64,000 nt of DNA from Nitrospirota bacterium (lineage in GTDB: Bacteria > JACPQY01). A program made the translations under genes and the position numbers. Position 1 is the stretch's first letter. Each line of letters opens with the position of its first letter. Location of the stretch: the NCBI GenBank assembly GCA_016180645.1, contig JACPAV010000015.1, forward strand, positions 1 through 64,000, in the 5' to 3' direction. Shown piece after piece: positions 1 to 8,734 of this stretch. The notes beneath the pieces are model-generated. The model saw only the letters and a list, made by a program, of their open reading frames with translations, ran no database searches and was not told where the DNA came from.

Positions 1-161
1 TCAGACCCTCCCGACAAGAGGGAGCATCTGAAGATGCTCCCCTACGAATCGCTTGAGCGGTGTCTGAAGATACCTTCCCATCCGAGCGAGATTCTGAGCA
101 TGGAAAAATGGCAAAAGTCGAGCTAAGAGGGAAGTGAACATTTCGGCCGCCGTGTGCCATA

Positions 162-347
162 ATGACAGGCGCCATGGAGCGGAAAACGATTTGGAGAAAA
201 TCAGGGCCTGACTGGGAATCATACATTACGGCTTGGAGAGAACGGTTCCGGAGGCGGGCCATCGAAAACGAGAAACATCGGAAAGCCACACTGGGCTCGG
301 CGCGGGCCATCGCAAGACATCTCGCCCGCCATCGGGCGGTCAAATAG
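162..347 (+). pseudogene. Probable truncated N-terminus of an MNT-type nucleotidyltransferase antitoxin
   Basis: YITAWRERFRRRAIENEKHRKATLGSARAIARHLARHRAVK* resembles the helical lead-in of MNT proteins but stops just before the expected LFGS motif. Confidence 0.4.
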
Positions 348-366
348 GCCCGAAGGCAGTGGCCCG

Positions 367-456
367 ATGACGATTCGCTTCCAAGAATGGATGCGTCAGC
401 CTCATGCTGACGTCAACCGTCACATCATCGGTATCGGTCATGAATCTGCCCCCTGA
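367..456 (+). pseudogene. Relic of a HEPN gene 5' end
   Basis: MTIRFQEWMRQPHADV aligns with MGNRYKDWMRQAEADL of the intact HEPN gene at 4097, then diverges and stops. Confidence 0.4.
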
Positions 457-679
457 AGGCCGTTTCTCACCCCGGAAAGACCGGAGTTTAGGGCGACTCT
501 GGACATGGAGGAACCCAGTACCATGTTGCTCAAGTTCTTGAGCAGTTCTTTCATCAGTTGGTGCACGGCAACATGGTACATACGCCCCGCCTCCATTCAG
601 AATTTCGGGATGAGAGCGGGTCTACCGTACCGCGCATTCGCGGGTATCCGCTCAAAGACTTTCTCAACGCGGTACTAGG

Positions 680-1645
680 GTGAACATCCCAGGGAAGCAA
701 GTGACGGCGCTTCATCTGAAGGGAGGCAATGACTTCGATGACATGAGGGTAGACATAGCCGGGAGTCACCGCCGTCTGGATCACTTGGCTCTCGAACCCA
801 AGAGCATCAAGAGGTCGAGACTCCGAAATATCATCCGGCTTCGCCTCACACGAATATTGATGCGGCTTCGGATCTACGAGCTCCTGGTCGTGAGCGGGAT
901 CGTCCATAGGTGGTTTGACGATTTTTCGCGCTATTGGTCGAACGTGCTGCACGGGAGGCCCTTCTGGAGCGTTCTCGATTTTTTCCTGCTGCTTCACGAC
1001 TATAGAAAACGTCAACAACATGTCGCGCCTCTCGAATGGGGTGATCCTGCGCGACACCTCGCGAACTGGCAACACCCCAGTCAGATCTACGCCACGCTGC
1101 ACGGCGTAAGGCACTTGGCACTGCATCCGGTAGAGTGCCTGGAGCTTTGGCACAGGGTAGCCCCGGGCACACGCATTCTGGAATATGGTTGCTCGTTCGC
1201 GCCCTTCTACTCCTGCTATATTGAATTCTTCTCTCATTTGGATTGCCATTGGGTCCTCGCCGATATTCCAGGGTTTCCATTTCACTATGCAAAATATCTC
1301 TACAGAAATGATGCTCAGGTCGATTTCATTACGATTAACGAAGGCGATTTTCAAAATCCGTTGGGGGGGGGTGATTTTGACGTCATCATTCTGACAACGG
1401 TCCTCGAGCATTTGGACAATCCCCTCTTCGTCTCAAGATACTTGCTGAAGAAATTGAAACCGGGGGGATTGTTCATTTTCGACTATATCAAGTCGGATGG
1501 GATTGGGCTCGATCATCCCAAGGCTCTCGAGCTTAGAGAGGATTGTCTGAACGCAATTCTTGAGGAGACACGAATTGTTTTCGGAAGGATCGACGATATC
1601 AACAAGAGTGTGGGCTTATGCATTGCTGAGAAGAACAAACACTGA
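680..1645 (+). CDS. Class I SAM-dependent methyltransferase
   Basis: ILEYGCS motif I, FDVIILTTVLEHL and LKPGGLF motifs; GTG start. Confidence 0.85.
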   Translation: MNIPGKQVTALHLKGGNDFDDMRVDIAGSHRRLDHLALEPKSIKRSRLRNIIRLRLTRILMRLRIYELLVVSGIVHRWFDDFSRYWSNVLHGRPFWSVLDFFLLLHDYRKRQQHVAPLEWGDPARHLANWQHPSQIYATLHGVRHLALHPVECLELWHRVAPGTRILEYGCSFAPFYSCYIEFFSHLDCHWVLADIPGFPFHYAKYLYRNDAQVDFITINEGDFQNPLGGGDFDVIILTTVLEHLDNPLFVSRYLLKKLKPGGLFIFDYIKSDGIGLDHPKALELREDCLNAILEETRIVFGRIDDINKSVGLCIAEKNKH

Positions 1646-1775
1646 CACGACGTGGGTCGCTCTTGTCGGAGAACTTCGCGGCCGGGGTTGGGACGGACAT
1701 CGCCGGAAGTGATATGCTCTGGAGCATGGTCGAGTTGCAAGCGCGAGGGATCATGCCATATCTCCGCATGGGGGT

Positions 1776-1895
1776 GATGAAACGCACGACATCGAATACA
1801 CCTTGGAAGGTTTCGCTCACGAGCCGCGAACGGCAGGACTGAAAGTCCAGCACCGCGAAATCCAATGGGGTGAAACTTGGGTACAAGCGCAATGA
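1776..1895 (+). pseudogene. Orphan 3' end of a methyltransferase homologous to 4812-5567
   Basis: DETHDIEYTLEGFAHEPRTAGLKVQHREIQWGETW vs DETHETEYTPESFVKEIEAAGLKIAHHEIRWGEIW: 21 of 35 residues identical; its TGA overlaps the ATG at 1892. Confidence 0.8.
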
Positions 1896-3943
1896 GCGAA
1901 CGGGGTTTGAGCGCAACGGCGACCCCTGCGGAGCCAACGGACAGAGCAGGGAAAGCTCGGATAGAAAGCTCGATTTGGCCGGACCTCTGGCCGGTTTGTA
2001 TTTTGCTGATCGCCTATTCACTCGTGCTCGCAATAATCACTGGGAATATTGGATTTTTCGGAGATGACTGGTCTGACCTCGGTAGGATTTACCGCCACGA
2101 CTTTCTTGATGCTTTTGCAAAACAGATGTCCGCATCGCCCCGCCCTGTATACAGCCTTTATATCATCCTGATGTTCAGAACTTTTGGGTTCGACAGCGTC
2201 GCGTTCCACTTTGGATCGTTGATCCTCCTAGGCGCCGGAAGCGTGCTCATGGGTTGGGCATTGTTGAATGCCTTTCCATCGAGACGTTCTTTCGCGCGGG
2301 CAAGCGTTCTATTCGCTTTTTTGCTTCCCACAATTTCCACGATCACTTACACCAAGCACACCGACCCCGGCCGCCTGTGCAATGTCTTCTTTTGGCTCTC
2401 CGTCGTCGGCTTTCAAAAATGGGCGTTGGGCCGTAGGACAGCCGGCGGTCTCATCTTTCCTGTCGTGGCCTATGTTCTTTGCAATCTTGCCTACGAATCG
2501 GCCAGCCTGCTTATCGTCGCTGTCCCCTTGTTGGTCTACCCCGTGCTGGTCAGGGGCATCAAGAAAGACCAAGGGAGCTGGAATACGTCTTTCAAATCAG
2601 GCAGGGACGCTCTGGGTTGGGGAACCGTTGGTTGTTTCGCCCTGGGTGTGATCTTGTGGATATCAACTCCTACGCTGGCCACCGAGATCACAGAGTATGT
2701 GTATTACAGCGACTCCGGCATCTGGAAATCCATGTTCGATGGACTAGGCACCTGGCCTATTGAACAGTATCAGTGGAAGGGAGAGAAGGTCCTTCGCAAT
2801 CTAGTCGGCCTCGGCATCTTCCTGCTCATTTTCATCTTCACCATGCAGTGGGCGCGCAGGCTACCGCGAGATTCCGCGCATCACTCCTTGTTGCGGTTGA
2901 TGTCATCCGGCACCTTGGCATTCGTTCTTCTTCTACTGGCGCGGCTTGTCGGTTTTGGTGGCGGTCATCCTAGCATCAACGGGACTCTGCGCACGGTTGT
3001 CCGTTTCTACACAGACCTATCCGCGCCGGCATACTTTCTTGCAGCGCCTTTCCTGGATATCCATAAGGGCGATGTCTGGGCGTATACGTTAGGCATTGGA
3101 ATGTTCGCGCTGAGCTGGATCTTGATGATGGACAAGAGGCGCGGTCATTCAACAGGAGGAAATTACGAAGGGGTCTCGTATGTTCTCCTCATCGGCATCC
3201 TCATTTATGTTTTGGGCATGCTGCCCTTCGCGATGGCGAGCTACGGTATCGGGCAAAACTTCTATCTGTCAGGGCGCATATTCACAACTTCCAGTTATGG
3301 CCTTGCCATAGTCTTGGGTCTTGGGTCTTGGGCCTTGGGGCAGAAGATCAAGCACCCCCTCACCCATGTGGCCGCTGCGGTTGTTCTGGGCTGTTTCTCG
3401 TGCTTTCAGGTGGGGCTGCGGCGAGACTGGCAGGAGGCAACCCGGAAGAACTGTGAGATATGGACCTCTTTCCTGAGCAGCGTTCCGAACATTGCACCGG
3501 GAACGACATTGCTTTTCCTTGACCTGGAACATTCGATCGGCAACCGTGCGGTTGTTTTCAGCGGGGCGGGCGCGGTGGTTGATTTTGTCCGCCTCCTCTA
3601 TGGTCAAACCAACGTCAATGGCTTATTTCTTTATCCTCATCAAGTTGCTCCTCCGGGAACGAAGGAAAGCAGGATGCTAGTATCGCCAAGAGGCATTTTT
3701 CATCCAGGATGGGAGTCCCATCCCAGTCCGATTCTTCTCGATAGGCTTTTGATTGCAGAAAGGCGGGGTTCAAGGCTTGTCGTACTCGACCAACTCTCGG
3801 CTGAGGAGCGGAAGGCCGATCTCCGTTGGGAAGGCGTCTCTAGTCTTCATTCGAACATGGATCTAATCAGACCTTCGCCTCAACCCGGCGCGGAGAGGCT
3901 GCGGGAACTGGGATTCTCCTGCCCTCAGGGGTCCATCTCATGA
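1892..3943 (+). CDS. Multi-pass membrane protein, GT-C-like glycosyltransferase/modifier
   Basis: Many hydrophobic segments, GFFGDDW acidic motif in first loop, RP and YES motifs; ATG at 1892 chosen from ATGA overlap. Confidence 0.7.
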   Translation: MSERGLSATATPAEPTDRAGKARIESSIWPDLWPVCILLIAYSLVLAIITGNIGFFGDDWSDLGRIYRHDFLDAFAKQMSASPRPVYSLYIILMFRTFGFDSVAFHFGSLILLGAGSVLMGWALLNAFPSRRSFARASVLFAFLLPTISTITYTKHTDPGRLCNVFFWLSVVGFQKWALGRRTAGGLIFPVVAYVLCNLAYESASLLIVAVPLLVYPVLVRGIKKDQGSWNTSFKSGRDALGWGTVGCFALGVILWISTPTLATEITEYVYYSDSGIWKSMFDGLGTWPIEQYQWKGEKVLRNLVGLGIFLLIFIFTMQWARRLPRDSAHHSLLRLMSSGTLAFVLLLLARLVGFGGGHPSINGTLRTVVRFYTDLSAPAYFLAAPFLDIHKGDVWAYTLGIGMFALSWILMMDKRRGHSTGGNYEGVSYVLLIGILIYVLGMLPFAMASYGIGQNFYLSGRIFTTSSYGLAIVLGLGSWALGQKIKHPLTHVAAAVVLGCFSCFQVGLRRDWQEATRKNCEIWTSFLSSVPNIAPGTTLLFLDLEHSIGNRAVVFSGAGAVVDFVRLLYGQTNVNGLFLYPHQVAPPGTKESRMLVSPRGIFHPGWESHPSPILLDRLLIAERRGSRLVVLDQLSAEERKADLRWEGVSSLHSNMDLIRPSPQPGAERLRELGFSCPQGSIS

Positions 3944-4053
3944 AATCTTTACGACGAACCGAGCTTGGACGCGCTGCGCGTGAACGGGCGGTCGAAAAGT
4001 TCAATCTGTAAGAAGTGGGCGGATGCCCATCGACGGATCTTCCAAGGCCTACC
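3940..4053 (+). pseudogene. Decayed 3' end of a GT4 glycosyltransferase
   Basis: LRRTELGRAARERAVEKFNL* then, after a frameshift, ADAHRRIFQGL; matches the typical GT4 C-terminal helices. Confidence 0.5.
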
Positions 4054-4096
4054 CACTCCGTGTGATCTCCTCCGAGGGATCGTGTAACATTCCCAG

Positions 4097-4486
4097 ATGG
4101 GCAACCGCTACAAAGACTGGATGAGGCAGGCCGAAGCGGATCTGGGCCACGCGCGGCATTCTTTGAAGGATGGAGATTTCGAGTGGAGCTGCTTCGCCGC
4201 ACATCAGGCAGCGGAAAAGGCCCTGAAGGCGCTGTTTTGTATACTGGGAGGCGAGGCGTGGGGCCACACGCTCAAGGATCTGGTTGAACACTTGCCGACG
4301 AAGGTGAAGACGCCGTCTACCGTCGTGAAGGCGGCGAAACACCTCGACCGGCACTACATCCCGGCGCGTTATCCCAACGGATACGAGTCCGGCGCCCCCG
4401 TGGATTATTACGAAAAGGAGGATGCCCAAGGTGCAATCCAAGAGGCGGAAATCGTCCTTGAATTCTGTCGTCGTCAAGTGGGCTGA
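4097..4486 (+). CDS. HEPN domain protein (HEPN/MNT toxin-antitoxin module)
   Basis: WMRQAEADL, CFAAHQAAEKALKA, GHTL and YIPARYP motifs. Confidence 0.9.
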   Translation: MGNRYKDWMRQAEADLGHARHSLKDGDFEWSCFAAHQAAEKALKALFCILGGEAWGHTLKDLVEHLPTKVKTPSTVVKAAKHLDRHYIPARYPNGYESGAPVDYYEKEDAQGAIQEAEIVLEFCRRQVG

Positions 4487-4793
4487 CCGAGCGGGAGTTG
4501 AGCGGGCCGTCCTCGAGTACGCGGCTCGGATTCGACAATCGCATCCGGAGGTCACTCGCATCGTCTGGTTCGGCTCATGGGTAAATGGAATTCCCATGCC
4601 CCACAGCGATGTGGACCTCTGCATCATCCTCCGCGATTCGAACAAGTCTTTTCGGGACAGGATTCCGGACTATCTGGGCGGCCGCTTCCCCGGAGGAATG
4701 GACCTATTCCCTTACACCGAAGCGGAATTCAGGAAGTTGGAGGCCGGCAGTCCCTCCTTCTACGCCGCCATCCGGTCCGGAAGGGAACTCTGA
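4458..4793 (+). CDS. Minimal nucleotidyltransferase (MNT)
   Basis: FGS-x10-DVD motif; overlaps HEPN gene; start uncertain (TTG 4458 or ATG 4422). Confidence 0.88.
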   Translation: MNSVVVKWADRAGVERAVLEYAARIRQSHPEVTRIVWFGSWVNGIPMPHSDVDLCIILRDSNKSFRDRIPDYLGGRFPGGMDLFPYTEAEFRKLEAGSPSFYAAIRSGREL

Positions 4794-4811
4794 TACTCCA
4801 GGACGATCCGG

Positions 4812-5567
4812 TTGCACATTCTTCGAAATCTCATCCATCGACTGATCCACGCGCTTCCGGCCGCATGGGCGGAACGGATGGCCGTCCGGCTGCTGCGGCG
4901 CCTGACTGAAGAAAGGGAGCCTCCGGCCGTCCTTCGCTCCTTGTTCCGGGTGAACCTCGCGTTGGACCGCCTTCAGGACCTGGCCGCGATCGAATATGGG
5001 TCGGGCATCCATCCCAAGCACCGGCTCATGAGATACCACGACTTCTTTATTCAGCGAATCAGGGAGGACGATCGCATTCTGGACATCGGGTGCGGCGATG
5101 GGACCGTGGACTTCGACATCGTGCAGAAGACCGGGGCGCGCGTGGTCGGACTGGACTCGAATCCGGACAACGTGAGCAAGGCGACGGCGCGATATCAACA
5201 TGAGCGGCTGGAATTTCGACTCGGAGAAGCGAAGGGCGATCTTCCCGACGGTCCCTTCACGGCGGTTATTCTTTCCAACGTGCTCGAGCACCTTGCCGAG
5301 AGGGTGGATTTCCTCAAGCGGCTCTCGGACACGGTCCACCCCAATCGTATTCTGATCCGCGTCCCCTTGTTCGAGCGAGATTGGAGAGTGCCCCTCCGGA
5401 TGGAACTTCAGCTTGATTGGCGGATGGACGAGACGCACGAGACGGAATACACTCCTGAATCCTTTGTGAAAGAAATCGAGGCGGCGGGGTTGAAGATCGC
5501 GCACCACGAAATCCGCTGGGGTGAAATTTGGGCGGAGGTCGAACGACCGGCGCCCGTCCGGGAATGA
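4812..5567 (+). CDS. Class I SAM-dependent methyltransferase
   Basis: ILDIGCGDG, VVGLD, LSNVLEHL. Confidence 0.9.
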   Translation: MHILRNLIHRLIHALPAAWAERMAVRLLRRLTEEREPPAVLRSLFRVNLALDRLQDLAAIEYGSGIHPKHRLMRYHDFFIQRIREDDRILDIGCGDGTVDFDIVQKTGARVVGLDSNPDNVSKATARYQHERLEFRLGEAKGDLPDGPFTAVILSNVLEHLAERVDFLKRLSDTVHPNRILIRVPLFERDWRVPLRMELQLDWRMDETHETEYTPESFVKEIEAAGLKIAHHEIRWGEIWAEVERPAPVRE

Positions 5568-6895
5568 ACAGCACTGTCCAAAAGACCGGACTGGTAGCGG
5601 GGATCACCGCCCTGTTCACAATTCCGATCGCATACGCGTCGTATCATCTCTGGGTCCGTAGCGGCCAATTCCTCTTCCATGATCACCTGACCGGGCTTTC
5701 CATCGCCCGATCATGGATGGAGGGGAAGGGATTTTTCCTCTCGACGGCCTACTACGAGCCGATCCCACCGCTCTTTCTGGCGGTTTTCCTCCGTTTTTCC
5801 GATCTTCAACTCGCCGGCACGGTGCTCCCGTATGTCTTCCTCCATGTATTGACCACCGCGGCGGCGTATTTCCTTGCCCGGCGGTTCTTGGCTCCAACGC
5901 CGAGTACGTGGGTCGGTTTTCTGGTCGGTTTCGATCCCGTTCTCACGGCCATTTCCGGCCGAATGTATGCCGAGAATTCATCCGTGCTTCTGACCACGGC
6001 GACTTTGTTGGTGCTCGCAAAGACTTACCCTGTGGTGCGGATTCGGCATACCTGTCTGCTGGGAGTCTTGTTCGCGATATGCCTGCTCGCGCGAGTCCAG
6101 TCCCTGGCCGTCACCTTCGGGTTGCTTCTCGCTCTGGTCCTGTTTCCCTGGAGGCGCCTTCCCATTGTGCGACGGTGCACCTTGACCGCCCTATTTCTTC
6201 TTAGCTGGGGGCTGGCCCTTCTGCCGCTGGCCTACTGGAACCACAGAACAACCGGTGAAGCCCGCATCACTCCTACCAGGACCATGCACACGCTCTGCGG
6301 AGGAGCGCTGGCGACACGCTATTCCGCGCAGGAACTTGTTGTCGCCGCCATTTCCCGATTCTCCACCGGTTTGGTGCGGAGAATGCTGGAAGCCGACCGA
6401 CCGCTCCTGACGCAAGATGCGTATTGTGGGGAGCGATGGGGCCGCTTGCTGGCCGAGGCGAACGGGAACGAGAGCGTTGCGGATCGCGCCATGGGGAAGG
6501 AGGTTATCGGGTTGATTCGGGAGGCTCCATTGAAGTACATGCTTTGGATCGCCCTCTCCCCCATACCGTTCCTTGCTTTCGAGCACGAGGCCATCAACTA
6601 CCTACGGCCGGGTTTGGACCGATACCTCCCTGTTAGGGTCATCGACGCCCTAAGCCTGGGACTGTGGCTGTACTCGATTTCAATCGTGGCCTTCGCACTG
6701 ATCGGGACATGGATTCTCGTCAAACGGAGGAACCCCACAGGCATGATTCTGGCGCTGGTGACGTGGGTGTATCTGGCTGTCCACGCCCCCTCCACCGGCC
6801 AATACCGGTTCGCCGCAACCGTGATCCCTGCTCTCATTGTGCTGGCCGTGATAGGGGCCTCCGGGAAGCTGACCGTCGCGGAGGCCGGTCGTTGA
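5564..6895 (+). CDS. GT-C fold (ArnT/PMT-like) membrane glycosyltransferase
   Basis: About 10 TM segments, EPIPPLFL, AEN and C-terminal RF motif; ATGA overlap with upstream stop. Confidence 0.75.
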   Translation: MNSTVQKTGLVAGITALFTIPIAYASYHLWVRSGQFLFHDHLTGLSIARSWMEGKGFFLSTAYYEPIPPLFLAVFLRFSDLQLAGTVLPYVFLHVLTTAAAYFLARRFLAPTPSTWVGFLVGFDPVLTAISGRMYAENSSVLLTTATLLVLAKTYPVVRIRHTCLLGVLFAICLLARVQSLAVTFGLLLALVLFPWRRLPIVRRCTLTALFLLSWGLALLPLAYWNHRTTGEARITPTRTMHTLCGGALATRYSAQELVVAAISRFSTGLVRRMLEADRPLLTQDAYCGERWGRLLAEANGNESVADRAMGKEVIGLIREAPLKYMLWIALSPIPFLAFEHEAINYLRPGLDRYLPVRVIDALSLGLWLYSISIVAFALIGTWILVKRRNPTGMILALVTWVYLAVHAPSTGQYRFAATVIPALIVLAVIGASGKLTVAEAGR

Positions 6896-7872
6896 AGAGC
6901 CGTTTGGTCGCCCTGCTCGATGACGTCGACGCCGCGCTCTCCGGAGCCTACCTTCGTGCCTTCGGGGAGCGGGCGGCCCTGCTGACGTTCCTGTTCCACG
7001 GAATCTTTCGCAATGAAAAAGAGATGAAAGAGAACCTCGTGGATCCCCAGCAAGGCACTACCCTGGAACATTTTCGGGATTTCATCGACTATTTTCTCAG
7101 CAGGGGATACAGCTTCGTGGGAGAAAAGAATTTGGCCGAAGCGCCACTGCCATCCGGAAAGCTCGCGCTGATCACGCTGGACGACGGATACTTCAGCAGC
7201 CGCCACGCGCAGGACCCCATGAATGAATTCAAAGTCCCGGCTATTTTCTACCTGGCCACGGGGTTCGTCGAGGAAAACCGCTGCTTCTGGTGGGATGTCG
7301 TCTACCGCGAGCGGATTCGAAGAGGATCGTCCCTTTCGACCATCAGACAAGAACAGGCCCAGCTCAAGGAGTCCTCTCCGGAGAAGATCAGGATTTATTT
7401 ATCGGAGCAATTCGGGGAAAAAGCGTCCCATCCGATCGGCGAAATCGACCGTCCTCTTACCCCCCGAGAAGTACGCTCCATGGCCGACGACCCTCTCGTG
7501 GCCTTCGGGAACCACACGCGTGACCACGCCATCCTCACCCGGTTGCTTTCCGACCAGGCTGAGCACCAGATCCGGATCGCGCAGGAGCAAATCGAGCAGT
7601 GGACCGGAAGAGCACCCCAATCCGTTTCATACCCCAACGGCGACTACTCGCAAGAACACATCGCCCTCGCCCGAAAATTGGGCTTCCGGTTTGGGCTGAC
7701 CGTGGAGCCGAGAAAGAACTACCTTCCGCTGGACGAAAGCAACCATAATCGGATGAAGCTGGGCCGGTTCTACTTTTTCGGCGGGCAACGGATGCGCGCG
7801 TCTTGGGATCTCATGCGCTCCGAATTCAGGCTGCGAACCTTCCTGCGAAAGGCCAAGGACCGACTTGGGTAG
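6892..7872 (+). CDS. Polysaccharide deacetylase (CE4/NodB-like)
   Basis: ITLDDGY, GNHTRDH, SYPNG motifs; TTG start overlapping upstream TGA. Confidence 0.9.
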   Translation: MKSRLVALLDDVDAALSGAYLRAFGERAALLTFLFHGIFRNEKEMKENLVDPQQGTTLEHFRDFIDYFLSRGYSFVGEKNLAEAPLPSGKLALITLDDGYFSSRHAQDPMNEFKVPAIFYLATGFVEENRCFWWDVVYRERIRRGSSLSTIRQEQAQLKESSPEKIRIYLSEQFGEKASHPIGEIDRPLTPREVRSMADDPLVAFGNHTRDHAILTRLLSDQAEHQIRIAQEQIEQWTGRAPQSVSYPNGDYSQEHIALARKLGFRFGLTVEPRKNYLPLDESNHNRMKLGRFYFFGGQRMRASWDLMRSEFRLRTFLRKAKDRLG

Positions 7873-8734
7873 CCGACTCTGCATTGTCTGCCTCATCCGG
7901 TGGGGGACGCCCCTCATCTTTTTCGCCAACCGGCTGCACAGAGCACATGGACTTTCTCTCGTGGTGGTGGAATCCCCGCCGCCACCTGATACATCCGTGG
8001 CAAGACGGCTAGCCGCACTCGGACGGCGGGTCCGAGATGAAGGTCCGGCTGCCGCGATAAGAATCCTCCGGTCGAAGTGGTCCCACCACCAGATTGAAAA
8101 ACAGCATGACCAGGACTACCATCGCTACTTCGGCATCCTCGGCCGGCAGCTCAACCCCGGCATTCCCCTGTTAAGGACCGAAGACATCAATTCACCGGAA
8201 GTGCGCGATCGCTTGAAAAAGATCCGTCCGTCGCTGCTCGTCGATCACGGCACATCCATCGTCAAACCTCACATCCTGCGCACGGCCCGATTGGCGCTTA
8301 ACGTCCACTGGGGACTCTCGCCCTACTACCGAGGAACGCATTGCACGGAGTGGGCGGTATTGAACGGCGATCTTCACAATATCGGCGTCACGATCCATCG
8401 ATTGGCCGACACAGTCGACGGGGGTGACATTGTCGCGCAGGAGAGAGCCTTTGTCCGGCTGACCGATACGGCCCACTCGATCGACATGCAACTGACACGC
8501 AAGGGATCCAAGATCATGTCAAAGGCGATCGATGCGATGCAAAAAGGCCGCACGCTGCATTTTGTGAAGCAGGACCTCACCCGGGGGCGGCTCTACCTCA
8601 ACAGGGAGTGGACTCCACGTCATGAGGATCGGGTACGTGCTTTGGAACGCAACGGAGGAATCGGCCGCATGCTTCGGATTCCGATGACGGGTCGAAAGCT
8701 CCCGATTGTTTCATTTCGGTCTCTTCCCCGATGA
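7865..8734 (+). CDS. Formyltransferase family protein
   Basis: LNVHWGLSPYYRG, GVTIH, VDGGDIVAQ motifs. Confidence 0.88.
   Translation: MGSRLCIVCLIRWGTPLIFFANRLHRAHGLSLVVVESPPPPDTSVARRLAALGRRVRDEGPAAAIRILRSKWSHHQIEKQHDQDYHRYFGILGRQLNPGIPLLRTEDINSPEVRDRLKKIRPSLLVDHGTSIVKPHILRTARLALNVHWGLSPYYRGTHCTEWAVLNGDLHNIGVTIHRLADTVDGGDIVAQERAFVRLTDTAHSIDMQLTRKGSKIMSKAIDAMQKGRTLHFVKQDLTRGRLYLNREWTPRHEDRVRALERNGGIGRMLRIPMTGRKLPIVSFRSLPR

Noticed and set aside
1-126. Open frame ending TAA at 126, and a further possible gene remnant at about 520-683
   Set aside because: Probably gene ends, but too short to assign.
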